This document shows positions 37,545 to 46,347 of a stretch of DNA of 64,000 nt, piece after piece. The position numbers were made by a program, and so were the translations under genes. The stretch covers positions 15,882 through 79,881 of the forward strand of contig CAYZBF010000005.1 in assembly GCA_964476585.1 (NCBI GenBank). Reading direction: 5' to 3'. Within the stretch, counting starts at the first letter, position 1; each line of letters opens with the position of its first letter. Below the pieces are notes generated by a model. The model ran no database searches. It saw nothing but the letters and a program-made list of their open reading frames with translations, and was not told the origin of the DNA. The DNA is from an uncultured bacterium. Its GTDB lineage: Bacteria; Hydrothermota; UBA3072.

Positions 37545-39534
37545 AACCCATCTACTCTTTCTGTTTTTACTGCTCATAATCTTTAACATTCTATACCCAT
37601 ATGAAAGGAAAGCAGTTCTATTAAGAAAAGGTGATATTGCATCAAGAGATGTTATTGCCCCTTATACATTCAAGATACTAAAAACAGAGAAGCAGTTAGA
37701 GGCTGAAAGAAAAGAGGCTTCATTGACAGTTCCTCCAATACTCCAATTTATTGAAATTCCTAATAAAACAGGCATTATTGATGACATTGATTCACTAATC
37801 AACAAGGTAGTTATACAATCTCCAGAGGGGGAGCGTATTATAAAAAATAAAAGAGCCATAATAAATCTTTTCCGTAGTATTCTAAAGGGAGGAGTAATAT
37901 CTGACAGGGCACGGTTAGCAGAGTTTGACAATGATAAGTTTCTAGTGATGCAGGGAGATACAAGCCTATTTGTACCACAAAGTAAGATACGTGACGTACA
38001 GGAAGCAAGGAAACATTTTGGTAAAGAGGTAGAGAGGATTTTAGGAGAATCTGGCGAAACAAAGAGAATAATTAATTCAATCCAACCTTTTATTACCCCA
38101 AATCTCTTAATCGATTTTGCAGAAATTGAGAAAAGACAGGAAGAAGCGCGGAGTGCTGTAAAAGATTCAATTGGAGTTGTAAGAAAGGGAGAGAAAATAG
38201 TTGGAGCCCATGAAATTGTTACTAGAGATGCTTACCGTAAATTATATTCGCTCAGGCAAAGACAAGCAGGAGAATATCCTTATTCCCTAATTTCTACTGT
38301 CGTACGGAATCAATTATATTTTTTACTTATAGGTCTCTTTATCCTTGTTTTTTTGTATGTTAGGGAAAGAAAAGTATACGAAAACAAAAGATATCTGTTT
38401 CTCTTTGTTATCAACATGTTATTGATACTCCTTTTATATCGTTTTGTACCTTTATATTTATTACCATTGGCCAGTATGGTTATGTTTTTAACTCTGGCTG
38501 TTGATTTAGATTTTGGAATATTATTTGCATTATCCAGTTCATTAGTTATATTATTCTATCAGGAATTCGCTATTGCCAAGATAATTCCAGTATTTATGGG
38601 AAGTCTATTAGGAGGAATTTTCCTCATTGTTCCACGTAATAGGACTGACTGGTACAGGACAGGAACCATAGTTGCTATTGCTACAGGTCTTCTAATACTA
38701 TCGATAGAATTCTATAGAAGAGCCACTCTTAGGGAACTGATGATTGGCGTTAGTTATGGTATAACCAATGGCTTTCTTTCTATTCTTTTATTATTCGCAC
38801 TGCTCTTTATTTTTGAGCGCGCCTTTAATATTACTACAAATTTTACATGGATGGAATACGCTGACCTTAATAATCCATTACTAAAAAGACTTTCTCGTGA
38901 GGCTCCCGGAACCTATCAACATTCACTGATGGTCAGTGCAATGGCGGAAAATGCGGCGGAAGCAATAGGAGCAAACCCACTGCTTTCAAAGGTGGGGGGA
39001 CTTTATCACGATATAGGGAAATTGGAGAGGCCAGAATATTTTGCGGAGAATTTCCGAAACGGTAAGAATCCGCATGATGATATTCCACCAAGGCTCTCTG
39101 CCATAATTATAAAATCCCATATTAATGACGGAATTAAGATTGCAAAAGAGCATAAATTACCTGTTGAGATTGTAGATATTATAAAACAACATCACGGTAC
39201 CTACCCAATTGTTGCATTCTACGAAAAAGCCAAGAAGTTATTAGATGATGTAAGGGATGAAGATTTTAAATATGATTCCGAACTTCCTGTCGGAAAGGAA
39301 ACCGGAATCTTGATGTTTGCCGATATTGTAGAAGCTACATCAAGATCTATGGATAATCCCACTGAGAATGAAATTATGGAGATGATTGTAAAACATATAA
39401 ACAAACAGTTTACGCGAGGACAATTGAGCCGGTCAGAACTATCAATTAAAGACCTCAATGTTATTTCAAATCAATTTGCACAAACTCTCCAGGGTCTTTA
39501 TCATCGTCGTCCTACTTATCCAGAGTCAGAATGA
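37522..39534 (+). CDS. 7TM receptor with intracellular HD-GYP-like HDIG phosphohydrolase domain (YqfF-type)
   Basis: Extracellular N-terminal domain, 7 TM helices, then C-terminal QHSLMVS...HDIGK...HHG HD-domain motifs; phoH-7TM_HD-ybeY synteny as in Bacillus. Confidence 0.8.
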   Translation: MKMGRINKTHLLFLFLLLIIFNILYPYERKAVLLRKGDIASRDVIAPYTFKILKTEKQLEAERKEASLTVPPILQFIEIPNKTGIIDDIDSLINKVVIQSPEGERIIKNKRAIINLFRSILKGGVISDRARLAEFDNDKFLVMQGDTSLFVPQSKIRDVQEARKHFGKEVERILGESGETKRIINSIQPFITPNLLIDFAEIEKRQEEARSAVKDSIGVVRKGEKIVGAHEIVTRDAYRKLYSLRQRQAGEYPYSLISTVVRNQLYFLLIGLFILVFLYVRERKVYENKRYLFLFVINMLLILLLYRFVPLYLLPLASMVMFLTLAVDLDFGILFALSSSLVILFYQEFAIAKIIPVFMGSLLGGIFLIVPRNRTDWYRTGTIVAIATGLLILSIEFYRRATLRELMIGVSYGITNGFLSILLLFALLFIFERAFNITTNFTWMEYADLNNPLLKRLSREAPGTYQHSLMVSAMAENAAEAIGANPLLSKVGGLYHDIGKLERPEYFAENFRNGKNPHDDIPPRLSAIIIKSHINDGIKIAKEHKLPVEIVDIIKQHHGTYPIVAFYEKAKKLLDDVRDEDFKYDSELPVGKETGILMFADIVEATSRSMDNPTENEIMEMIVKHINKQFTRGQLSRSELSIKDLNVISNQFAQTLQGLYHRRPTYPESE

Positions 39535-39905
39535 TTGTCCACGTTAATAATCTAATAGAATATGAGAATGAGATAAAAGAATTAGCGAGAAAAGTGATAA
39601 GAGGTGAAAATCTTAAAGGAGAGCTAAGTATCACCTTTGTCGACGATGATCGCATGAATGAATTAAATAAGAATTATACAGGTAGATACGGAACCACAGA
39701 TGTTCTATCATTTCCCTTTGATGTGCCAGAGCTATTGGGCGATATTTATATCTCTCTTTCCCAGGCGAATAGACAGAAAGAGGGGGGAATCCTTTCTGAA
39801 TTGAAATTGCTCACCGTCCATGGAATACTTCATCTCGCCGGGTATGATGATAAGACCGAAGGAGAACGATGTAAAATAAGGGAAAAGGAACAGGAATATC
39901 TTTGA
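39531..39905 (+). CDS. ybeY: rRNA maturation endoribonuclease YbeY
   Basis: HGILHLAGYDD zinc-binding motif; 124 aa; ATGA-coupled. Confidence 0.85.
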   Translation: MIVHVNNLIEYENEIKELARKVIRGENLKGELSITFVDDDRMNELNKNYTGRYGTTDVLSFPFDVPELLGDIYISLSQANRQKEGGILSELKLLTVHGILHLAGYDDKTEGERCKIREKEQEYL

Positions 39906-41041
39906 GAATGATGTGGCTACTAATCCCTGTGTTTCTGATATTTTCATTTATCTACTCATCTTCCGAGACGGCGCTTTTTGCCCTTCCAGCCTACAGAAGA
40001 AAGAATAACCCTCTAATTGAACGGCTTATGGAAAATCCAAGAAGGGTAATAGTTACCGTTATAATAGCAAATGTCTTATCGAATGTTGCAATATCATCAT
40101 TTAGTGAGGGGTTGATAGGAAGGTATCTAAATTTATTCCTATCTACTTTAGTGGTTACTACCTTTATTCTAATCGTAGGAGAGTATATTCCAAAGAGGGT
40201 TGCTATGGCGAAACAGAAGACAATCTCAAAGCTATTCAGTCCACTTGTTCTTGTTACCGAGTATATCTTTTATCCCTTGATATTCCTTTATAAACCTATG
40301 AGTAAACTTAAAATTCATAAGAAAAGGTTCACTCTTGGTGATCTCAGACATGTAATACGTAGAGGTCAAAAAGATGGGATTATTGGTGAGCAAGAGTATG
40401 CCATAATGTATAAATTGTCTCGGTTGAATGAAATCCGTGTAAGGGAGGTAATGTCTCCCCGGATGAACGTTTTCTTTGCTGAGCAAAATGAGGCCGTTGA
40501 AGATGTATTGGCAAAGATGGACAGATGGCATAAACGAGTTCCTGTGTACTCTAAGACCAGGGACAATATAGTAGGAATACTTGAATTAAAGAATCTGTAC
40601 CATAGAGAGGGAAGAGCAAAGAATTTTCTATCTCCTCCGATATTTGTATCAGAAAATTTACCTGTGATTCAATTGCTAAAAATATTTAAAAACACTGCTC
40701 ACAAAATGGTCGTAGTAATTAATGAATATGGTGGTACATCAGGAGTTGTGGATATGGAGGATATCAAGAAGGAACTCATAGGTGAAATTGGAGAGAAAGT
40801 AATTGAGCGGAAAGACGAGAATATATGGATTGTTCCAGGGTCCTTAGACATTGACGAAATACAAAAGGTCATTCCTATACCAAAATCCAATGACTATAGA
40901 ACTGTTTCGGGTTTCATTTATACCCTCTTGGAGAGGATCCCGAGGGAAGGAGAAGAATTCTCTTATAAAGATTATGAATTTACTATCCTTGACATACGGT
41001 ATAATCATATACTAAAGGTAAAGATAAAGAAGAGGCAATGA
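39902..41041 (+). CDS. HlyC/CorC family transporter (DUF21 + CBS pair + CorC_HlyC)
   Basis: N-terminal 4-TM DUF21, CBS pair (VREVMSPR...), C-terminal transporter-associated domain. Confidence 0.8.
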   Translation: MRMMWLLIPVFLIFSFIYSSSETALFALPAYRRKNNPLIERLMENPRRVIVTVIIANVLSNVAISSFSEGLIGRYLNLFLSTLVVTTFILIVGEYIPKRVAMAKQKTISKLFSPLVLVTEYIFYPLIFLYKPMSKLKIHKKRFTLGDLRHVIRRGQKDGIIGEQEYAIMYKLSRLNEIRVREVMSPRMNVFFAEQNEAVEDVLAKMDRWHKRVPVYSKTRDNIVGILELKNLYHREGRAKNFLSPPIFVSENLPVIQLLKIFKNTAHKMVVVINEYGGTSGVVDMEDIKKELIGEIGEKVIERKDENIWIVPGSLDIDEIQKVIPIPKSNDYRTVSGFIYTLLERIPREGEEFSYKDYEFTILDIRYNHILKVKIKKRQ

Positions 41042-42189
41042 TAATTCTAATACTTGCTGTGATCCTTTTGTTCATAATATACTTTGAAGCTTCTGAGATG
41101 TCACTTGTCGCATCAAGTGAGGCAAGACTTTCAAATCTTGCTAACACCCTGGGGGGTAGATATAGGACAGTAAATGAGATTCGAAAAAGATCAGATGTCT
41201 TTTTCCCTACAGTCCTAATTGGCATTAATCTAATGACCGTTCTTTTTGCAATGTTGCTAACGCGAGAAATTGGAGTATCCCGTGGACTAATACTCAGCAC
41301 ACTCATTATTTCTCTGGTGGGTGAAATATTGATAAAATCACTTACGATCATAAATCCTGAATCAATATCGGCCATAACAGCTCCTCCCCTGCTTTTCTTC
41401 TATTGGGTGTTCTTGCCAATGATATTTCTAGTAAAATGGGTAGGGGAAGCTATCCTTAAGTTATTCGGAATAAGAGGTGAGAGTAGAGAAAATATTACGC
41501 GAGATGAGATGAATATTGCTGTGAAAGAGGCAAAAGCCACAGGAGGTATAGATACAGAGCAATTTACTGCAATGCGTTCGATATCAAAACTTTCAGAGAA
41601 AGACGTTCGTGATATAATGGTTCCTAGGGTAGAAATCAAAGCGATTAACTGTGATGAACAAATGGATGTAATCAGGGAAATCTTTAAGAAGGTAACTATT
41701 TCAAAAATGCCTGTTTACAAAGGAACAATTGACAACATTATTGGAATCTTATTCAAAGAAGATATAATAGGGAAGGATGAGAAATGGAAAATTGAGGAAG
41801 AGCTCCGACCAATGAAATTCATTCATGGAGACATGAGTCTGGAAGAGATACTTCCTGAATTATTGTCAGATAAGAATGGATGCGCAATAGTCATAGATGA
41901 ATATGGTGGGACAGAGGGTTTTGTTTCTACCGATGATATTCTGTTCAATATAATTGGTAAGAATTTAGAGATGGCAGGGAAAGAAGAAGGTACCTTTATT
42001 GTGGACGGTAGCATAAGTCCTGATACACTTGGTATAGATACAGAAGAGGATACCCTAGCCGGTTATATTATCAGGAAATTACAGGAGATCCCGGGTGAAG
42101 GGCGTAAGCTGTCTATAGATGGTGTAAAGATGACTATTCTTGATGCTACTGAGCGAAGGATCAAAAAGGTTCTTATAGAAAAGGAATGA
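41038..42189 (+). CDS. HlyC/CorC family transporter, second paralog
   Basis: Same architecture (DUF21 TM, CBS pair VRDIMVPR..., CorC C-terminal domain); ATGA overlap with the first paralog. Confidence 0.8.
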   Translation: MIILILAVILLFIIYFEASEMSLVASSEARLSNLANTLGGRYRTVNEIRKRSDVFFPTVLIGINLMTVLFAMLLTREIGVSRGLILSTLIISLVGEILIKSLTIINPESISAITAPPLLFFYWVFLPMIFLVKWVGEAILKLFGIRGESRENITRDEMNIAVKEAKATGGIDTEQFTAMRSISKLSEKDVRDIMVPRVEIKAINCDEQMDVIREIFKKVTISKMPVYKGTIDNIIGILFKEDIIGKDEKWKIEEELRPMKFIHGDMSLEEILPELLSDKNGCAIVIDEYGGTEGFVSTDDILFNIIGKNLEMAGKEEGTFIVDGSISPDTLGIDTEEDTLAGYIIRKLQEIPGEGRKLSIDGVKMTILDATERRIKKVLIEKE

Positions 42190-42192
42190 GAG

Positions 42193-43521
42193 ATGGAAAA
42201 TTATGAAAATATAAGAGAGAAGGTAATGCATTTCATTGAGGAGGGTGATAACGAGGGTTTGAAGCAATATTTCTCTACCCTTGAATTCCCTCTTAAAACA
42301 TACTTAATAGATCACCTTGCAGAAAGTGAGAAGCTACTTGTTTTTTCTCTTCTTGATGTAAATGAAAAATCAGAGCTGATTACAGAACTGGACGATTATT
42401 CCTTAGAGGTAATAATAAAAGCTTTGGATTCGGACGTGCTCTCCAGAATTGCTGATACTCTAGATATAGATGAAGCAGTGGATTTGGTTGCTGAGGTTTC
42501 AGACGAGCGACGAGAAGAAGTTGTCGACAGGGTAAAGAATTCTGATCAAGTAAGGGCTTTACTTAGGTATGGTCCAGAAACTGCAGCGGGCAAGATGAAG
42601 CTAAAGTTCCTTAGCTTAGATGGACGGGATGATGTAGTGCAGGCACAGGAAAGATTGCGCAGGTTGAAGGAAGAGGAGGAATACAAGTATATTTATATAT
42701 TAGATGAAAGGGGTAGACTTAAGGGCTATGTTACACCCTGGAAAATATTAATATCAGACCCGAATAAAAAACTTGGACAAATTGTAGAACCAATTCATTC
42801 AGTGACTCCAGATATAGATCAGGAGGATGTTGCGAATGTTGCGATAGATTACGACCTCCTCCAGGTTCCTGTGGTTGATAATTTTAGACGTCTTTTAGGA
42901 GTTATTACAATAGATGACTTATTTGATGTAGTTGAGGAAGAAGCAACAGAGGATATTCAACGCCTTGGGGGACTAGGCGTAATAGAGACAGCATTCTTCC
43001 CCCCACGGCGTTCTTTTGCCTCAAGGATTCCCTGGTTATATATAAAACTGTTTTCAGCCCTCCTTGCTGCGTTGGTTGTAGGATACTTTGGGGATGTCAT
43101 TCAAGCCTTTATCGGTGCAGCAATCTTTATGCCAGTAGTGGCTGCTATGGGGGGTAGTGCAGGGACCCAGACACTAGCGATTATTGTCAGAGCCCTTGCA
43201 CTTGGGGAAGTTAAGTACCATGATGTAAAGAGATTATTATGGAAAGAGATTAATGTTGGCGTACTTACCGGTATTGCTGTTGGAATAGGTTCCGCACTCA
43301 TTGCCTACTTATGGAAAGCAAATCCAATGTTTGGACTTATTGTTGGTCTTGCAATAATATTGAATCATATTTCAGCAGCTGCATTTGGTGTTCTTATTCC
43401 AATGTTTTCGGAAAAATTAGGGGTTGATCCTGCTCATGCTTCCAGTATATTCCTCACAACTATTACTGATGTGATTGGCTTTCTCGCTTTACTTGGACTT
43501 ACCAAGATAATTATGACATGA
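42193..43521 (+). CDS. mgtE: Magnesium transporter MgtE
   Basis: MgtE N-terminal domain, CBS pair, 5-TM C-terminal domain with conserved acidic/aromatic patterns; 442 aa. Confidence 0.8.
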   Translation: MENYENIREKVMHFIEEGDNEGLKQYFSTLEFPLKTYLIDHLAESEKLLVFSLLDVNEKSELITELDDYSLEVIIKALDSDVLSRIADTLDIDEAVDLVAEVSDERREEVVDRVKNSDQVRALLRYGPETAAGKMKLKFLSLDGRDDVVQAQERLRRLKEEEEYKYIYILDERGRLKGYVTPWKILISDPNKKLGQIVEPIHSVTPDIDQEDVANVAIDYDLLQVPVVDNFRRLLGVITIDDLFDVVEEEATEDIQRLGGLGVIETAFFPPRRSFASRIPWLYIKLFSALLAALVVGYFGDVIQAFIGAAIFMPVVAAMGGSAGTQTLAIIVRALALGEVKYHDVKRLLWKEINVGVLTGIAVGIGSALIAYLWKANPMFGLIVGLAIILNHISAAAFGVLIPMFSEKLGVDPAHASSIFLTTITDVIGFLALLGLTKIIMT

Positions 43522-43690
43522 ATTTAGGTTTTAGGTGTTTGGTCTTAGGTCTTAGAAGGCTACCAATATTTAACAGCTAAGACCCAATACCTAATAACCA
43601 ACACCTATGGTCCCAGATATCATTGTCATTGACATATCAGAGGGTAAACATATTTTATCTTAAATTGAAACTATTTGTGAGAGAGAATAT

Positions 43691-44419
43691 ATGATAAAGA
43701 GAAAAGATGCTTTAATACTTAAGAGTTATGATTATAGCAATTCAAGTAAGATAATCCATGTCCTAACCGAGGATTCAGAGAGGATTTCTCTTATAGCAAA
43801 GGGGGCAAGGAGGACGAATAGCCGTTTTGGCGGTAACATTGAACCTTTAAATCTTTCAGAGTTAGTCTATTATATAAAGTGCGACCGAGATATGGGTGTA
43901 CTAAAGGAAGCAACAACGAGGAAGCCTTATCTTGGTGTCAAAAATGACCTATATAGATTGAATATAGCCTGGGCCTTACTCTGGATCGCAAAAAGGATAC
44001 CTGATCCCCAGGATGGTCTATTTGGGTTAGAGGAGAGGTCCCTTACATTTCTAAACAGAGGTTTTAGAGAAGAGACATTGATTTATTTTATGCTCTCTCT
44101 TTTTCGCTTGAGTGGGATTTCACCGAGGATTGATGGGTGCGTAAGATGTAATTCTAAAGAGGTAAAATTCTTTGACGTTTCATTGGGAGGTGCCCTTTGC
44201 GAAAGTTGTAAGTTAGAAACTGCCTATACATTAAATAACTTATTAGGGTCGCTTAATGAGCTAAAAAAGGGAAGACTACGAAAATGGCAGGAGATAAGCG
44301 ATTCTGATAAAAAGAAAATCTTAAGAATAACATTTGAATATGGAATTTATCATCTTGGAGAATGGTTAAAGCGCTTGAGGGATATTTTACCGCCTTTGAT
44401 AATCCCAAATGAGCGATAA
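43691..44419 (+). CDS. recO: DNA repair protein RecO
   Basis: N-terminal OB fold ILKSYDYSNSSKIIHVLTEDSERISLIAKGARR; C4 zinc finger CVRCNS...CESC. Confidence 0.8.
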   Translation: MIKRKDALILKSYDYSNSSKIIHVLTEDSERISLIAKGARRTNSRFGGNIEPLNLSELVYYIKCDRDMGVLKEATTRKPYLGVKNDLYRLNIAWALLWIAKRIPDPQDGLFGLEERSLTFLNRGFREETLIYFMLSLFRLSGISPRIDGCVRCNSKEVKFFDVSLGGALCESCKLETAYTLNNLLGSLNELKKGRLRKWQEISDSDKKKILRITFEYGIYHLGEWLKRLRDILPPLIIPNER

Positions 44420-45078
44420 TTTGACCAATCTCCAAGGATTGTAAGGTATTTACCTCCCTCCTTATATAAATACGGTCTATGGAAATGTCCCATAAGGATT
44501 GCATCTATATTGTCTCTTGAAAACTTTCTTTGGGCGTATTTGATTACACGATCTATATTTAGAGTAGATTTTTCTGAACGCTGACGTGATAATTTTGATA
44601 TCTTTCTGGCTAAATTAATACCCAGATCTGGATGTATATATGAGAATAGGGCTCTTGAAAGTTTATTCTTAAGTATTATTTTCATTAAATCAGGGGAATA
44701 TAATTCGTTACCATGTTCAACTAATATTTTGGTTTCGCCAGTAGAAATTATTTCAGGGTTAAAATGTGGGATTATGCCGATGTCCTTTACAAAATTTCCT
44801 AACCAAAAATCATGGTTACCGGCCCAGTAATGGATCTCAACACCTACACTTGAAGTTCTCTGGAGTTCACAGAATACCCTAAAGAGAGTTTTTGGTATGA
44901 CCGTTTTATATTCGAAGTAAAAATCGAAGATATCTCCCAGAAGGAACAATTTGTATGCTTCTTCCCTTACTAACTCAAGGAATAAGAAGAAATCCGTTAG
45001 ATCCTTATTTTTAGATTTGTGATTGAAATGAGTGTCAGCAATAACAAAAATAATATCTTTATTAAATATGTGAGACAT
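44350..45078 (-). CDS. lpxH: UDP-2,3-diacylglucosamine diphosphatase (LpxH-type metallophosphoesterase)
   Basis: VIADTHF, LLGDIFDFY, WAGNHDFWLG, ILVEHGN, GHFHRP, ILGDW; same motif order and spacing as E. coli LpxH. Confidence 0.75.
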   Translation of the reverse strand: MSHIFNKDIIFVIADTHFNHKSKNKDLTDFFLFLELVREEAYKLFLLGDIFDFYFEYKTVIPKTLFRVFCELQRTSSVGVEIHYWAGNHDFWLGNFVKDIGIIPHFNPEIISTGETKILVEHGNELYSPDLMKIILKNKLSRALFSYIHPDLGINLARKISKLSRQRSEKSTLNIDRVIKYAQRKFSRDNIDAILMGHFHRPYLYKEGGKYLTILGDWSNYRSFGIIKGGKISLKRFNHSPR

Positions 45079-45094
45079 AGATTAGAGAAAATTC

Positions 45095-45376
45095 TCAGGA
45101 TGCAAATTTTCCTTTCATTTCCTCAATGATAGAAAGTGCTTCTCCATAGTAATGATGCTTTAATAGTTCCTTGACGAGGTTAAGATATCTTCCCTCCTCC
45201 CCAAGGGTTGCTTCTTCGGTTTTTTCTATCTGAAGCGACGCATCTCCTGATTCCTTGAAGATGTTTTTTTCTTCCTTGTCCAGAACCCCTAAAATCCCTT
45301 CATCTTCTTTTTGTTTCTCCTTTTGCTTCTCTTCCCTTTTAAATATCTCTTCAAACGGAGATTTCTCCTGTTCCAT
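45095..45376 (-). CDS. Small acidic low-complexity protein (hypothetical)
   Basis: 93 aa, E/K-rich; 26-nt overlap with the upstream TPR gene; weak support. Confidence 0.3.
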   Translation of the reverse strand: MEQEKSPFEEIFKREEKQKEKQKEDEGILGVLDKEEKNIFKESGDASLQIEKTEEATLGEEGRYLNLVKELLKHHYYGEALSIIEEMKGKFAS

Positions 45377-46343
45377 CTACCCTCCTATCTTTGTATAACG
45401 AAAGTGCCTCCTTAACATCAATAAGCCCTGGATTCAATTTGATAGCTTTTTCCCAATTTTCAACGGCTTTATTAATATCATTTTTTTCTTTATATGCAAA
45501 TCCTAAATTTGCATATGCTGAGGCTACCCCCTCGTCTTTCTCAATGGCCTGTTTAAAGATACCAATTGCTCCGTCTATGTCACCCTCATTAAACATAACT
45601 AAACCCATGCCGCTTAATGCTTCTACCATGTTTGGGTCTTTTTCCAATACGCTCTGGAATATCTTCTGGGCCTCCTTATTACTCTTTTCCATTGATAGAA
45701 CAATTCCTAGGTTGGTCAGAATTTCAAGGGATGAATCATCCAATCTTGCTGCTCTTTTTAAACTCTCTATGGCAATACTATTTCTACCTGCATAGAAATG
45801 TTTAACTGCCCTATCGTTCATTATCTTTGCTTCTTCCTTTCTTTTCGTTGACTCAAATTCCTCTCTTTCTTTCTTAAATTCTCCTATATAGTTATTCATA
45901 TTCTCAGAAATTTTATTCAACTGCTCTGTTGTGTTCTTCAGTTCTTCTTCGATAGAAACGGCGCGCTCTTTTAGTAAATCAAAAGTACTCTTTGATAGTT
46001 CTCCTAAATGAGAGTCTAAAGTTTTTATGTGTTCTACAGTATTTTCTAATTTGGCATTTATTGTCTCTTCTAATACTGAGAGTCTCCCCACAATCTGGTT
46101 AGGGTTCTCTTTAATTGTATTAATTAATTCATTCATAGAGGTGCTCAAATCCTCTTTAATTCTGGTGAAACCCTCTTCAATATTTTCGCTTAGTTTTCTT
46201 GGAAGATTATTAATAAGCGAGATTATCTTTTTTAGGTTGTGATCTAGAAGTGACTGGAGCTGGTAGTGGTCTTCATGTCGTAGTTGATTGAACTGTTGTA
46301 ATCCTTTTCTTAAGGTATCTATCTCATTTCGTTCGTCTTCCAT
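45351..46343 (-). CDS. Coiled-coil + TPR repeat protein
   Basis: N-terminal about 170 aa of heptad repeats, C-terminal 3-4 TPR units (..AYANLGFAYKEKNDINKAVENWEKAIKLNP..). Confidence 0.6.
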   Translation of the reverse strand: MEDERNEIDTLRKGLQQFNQLRHEDHYQLQSLLDHNLKKIISLINNLPRKLSENIEEGFTRIKEDLSTSMNELINTIKENPNQIVGRLSVLEETINAKLENTVEHIKTLDSHLGELSKSTFDLLKERAVSIEEELKNTTEQLNKISENMNNYIGEFKKEREEFESTKRKEEAKIMNDRAVKHFYAGRNSIAIESLKRAARLDDSSLEILTNLGIVLSMEKSNKEAQKIFQSVLEKDPNMVEALSGMGLVMFNEGDIDGAIGIFKQAIEKDEGVASAYANLGFAYKEKNDINKAVENWEKAIKLNPGLIDVKEALSLYKDRRVDGTGEISV

Positions 46344-46347
46344 CTGT

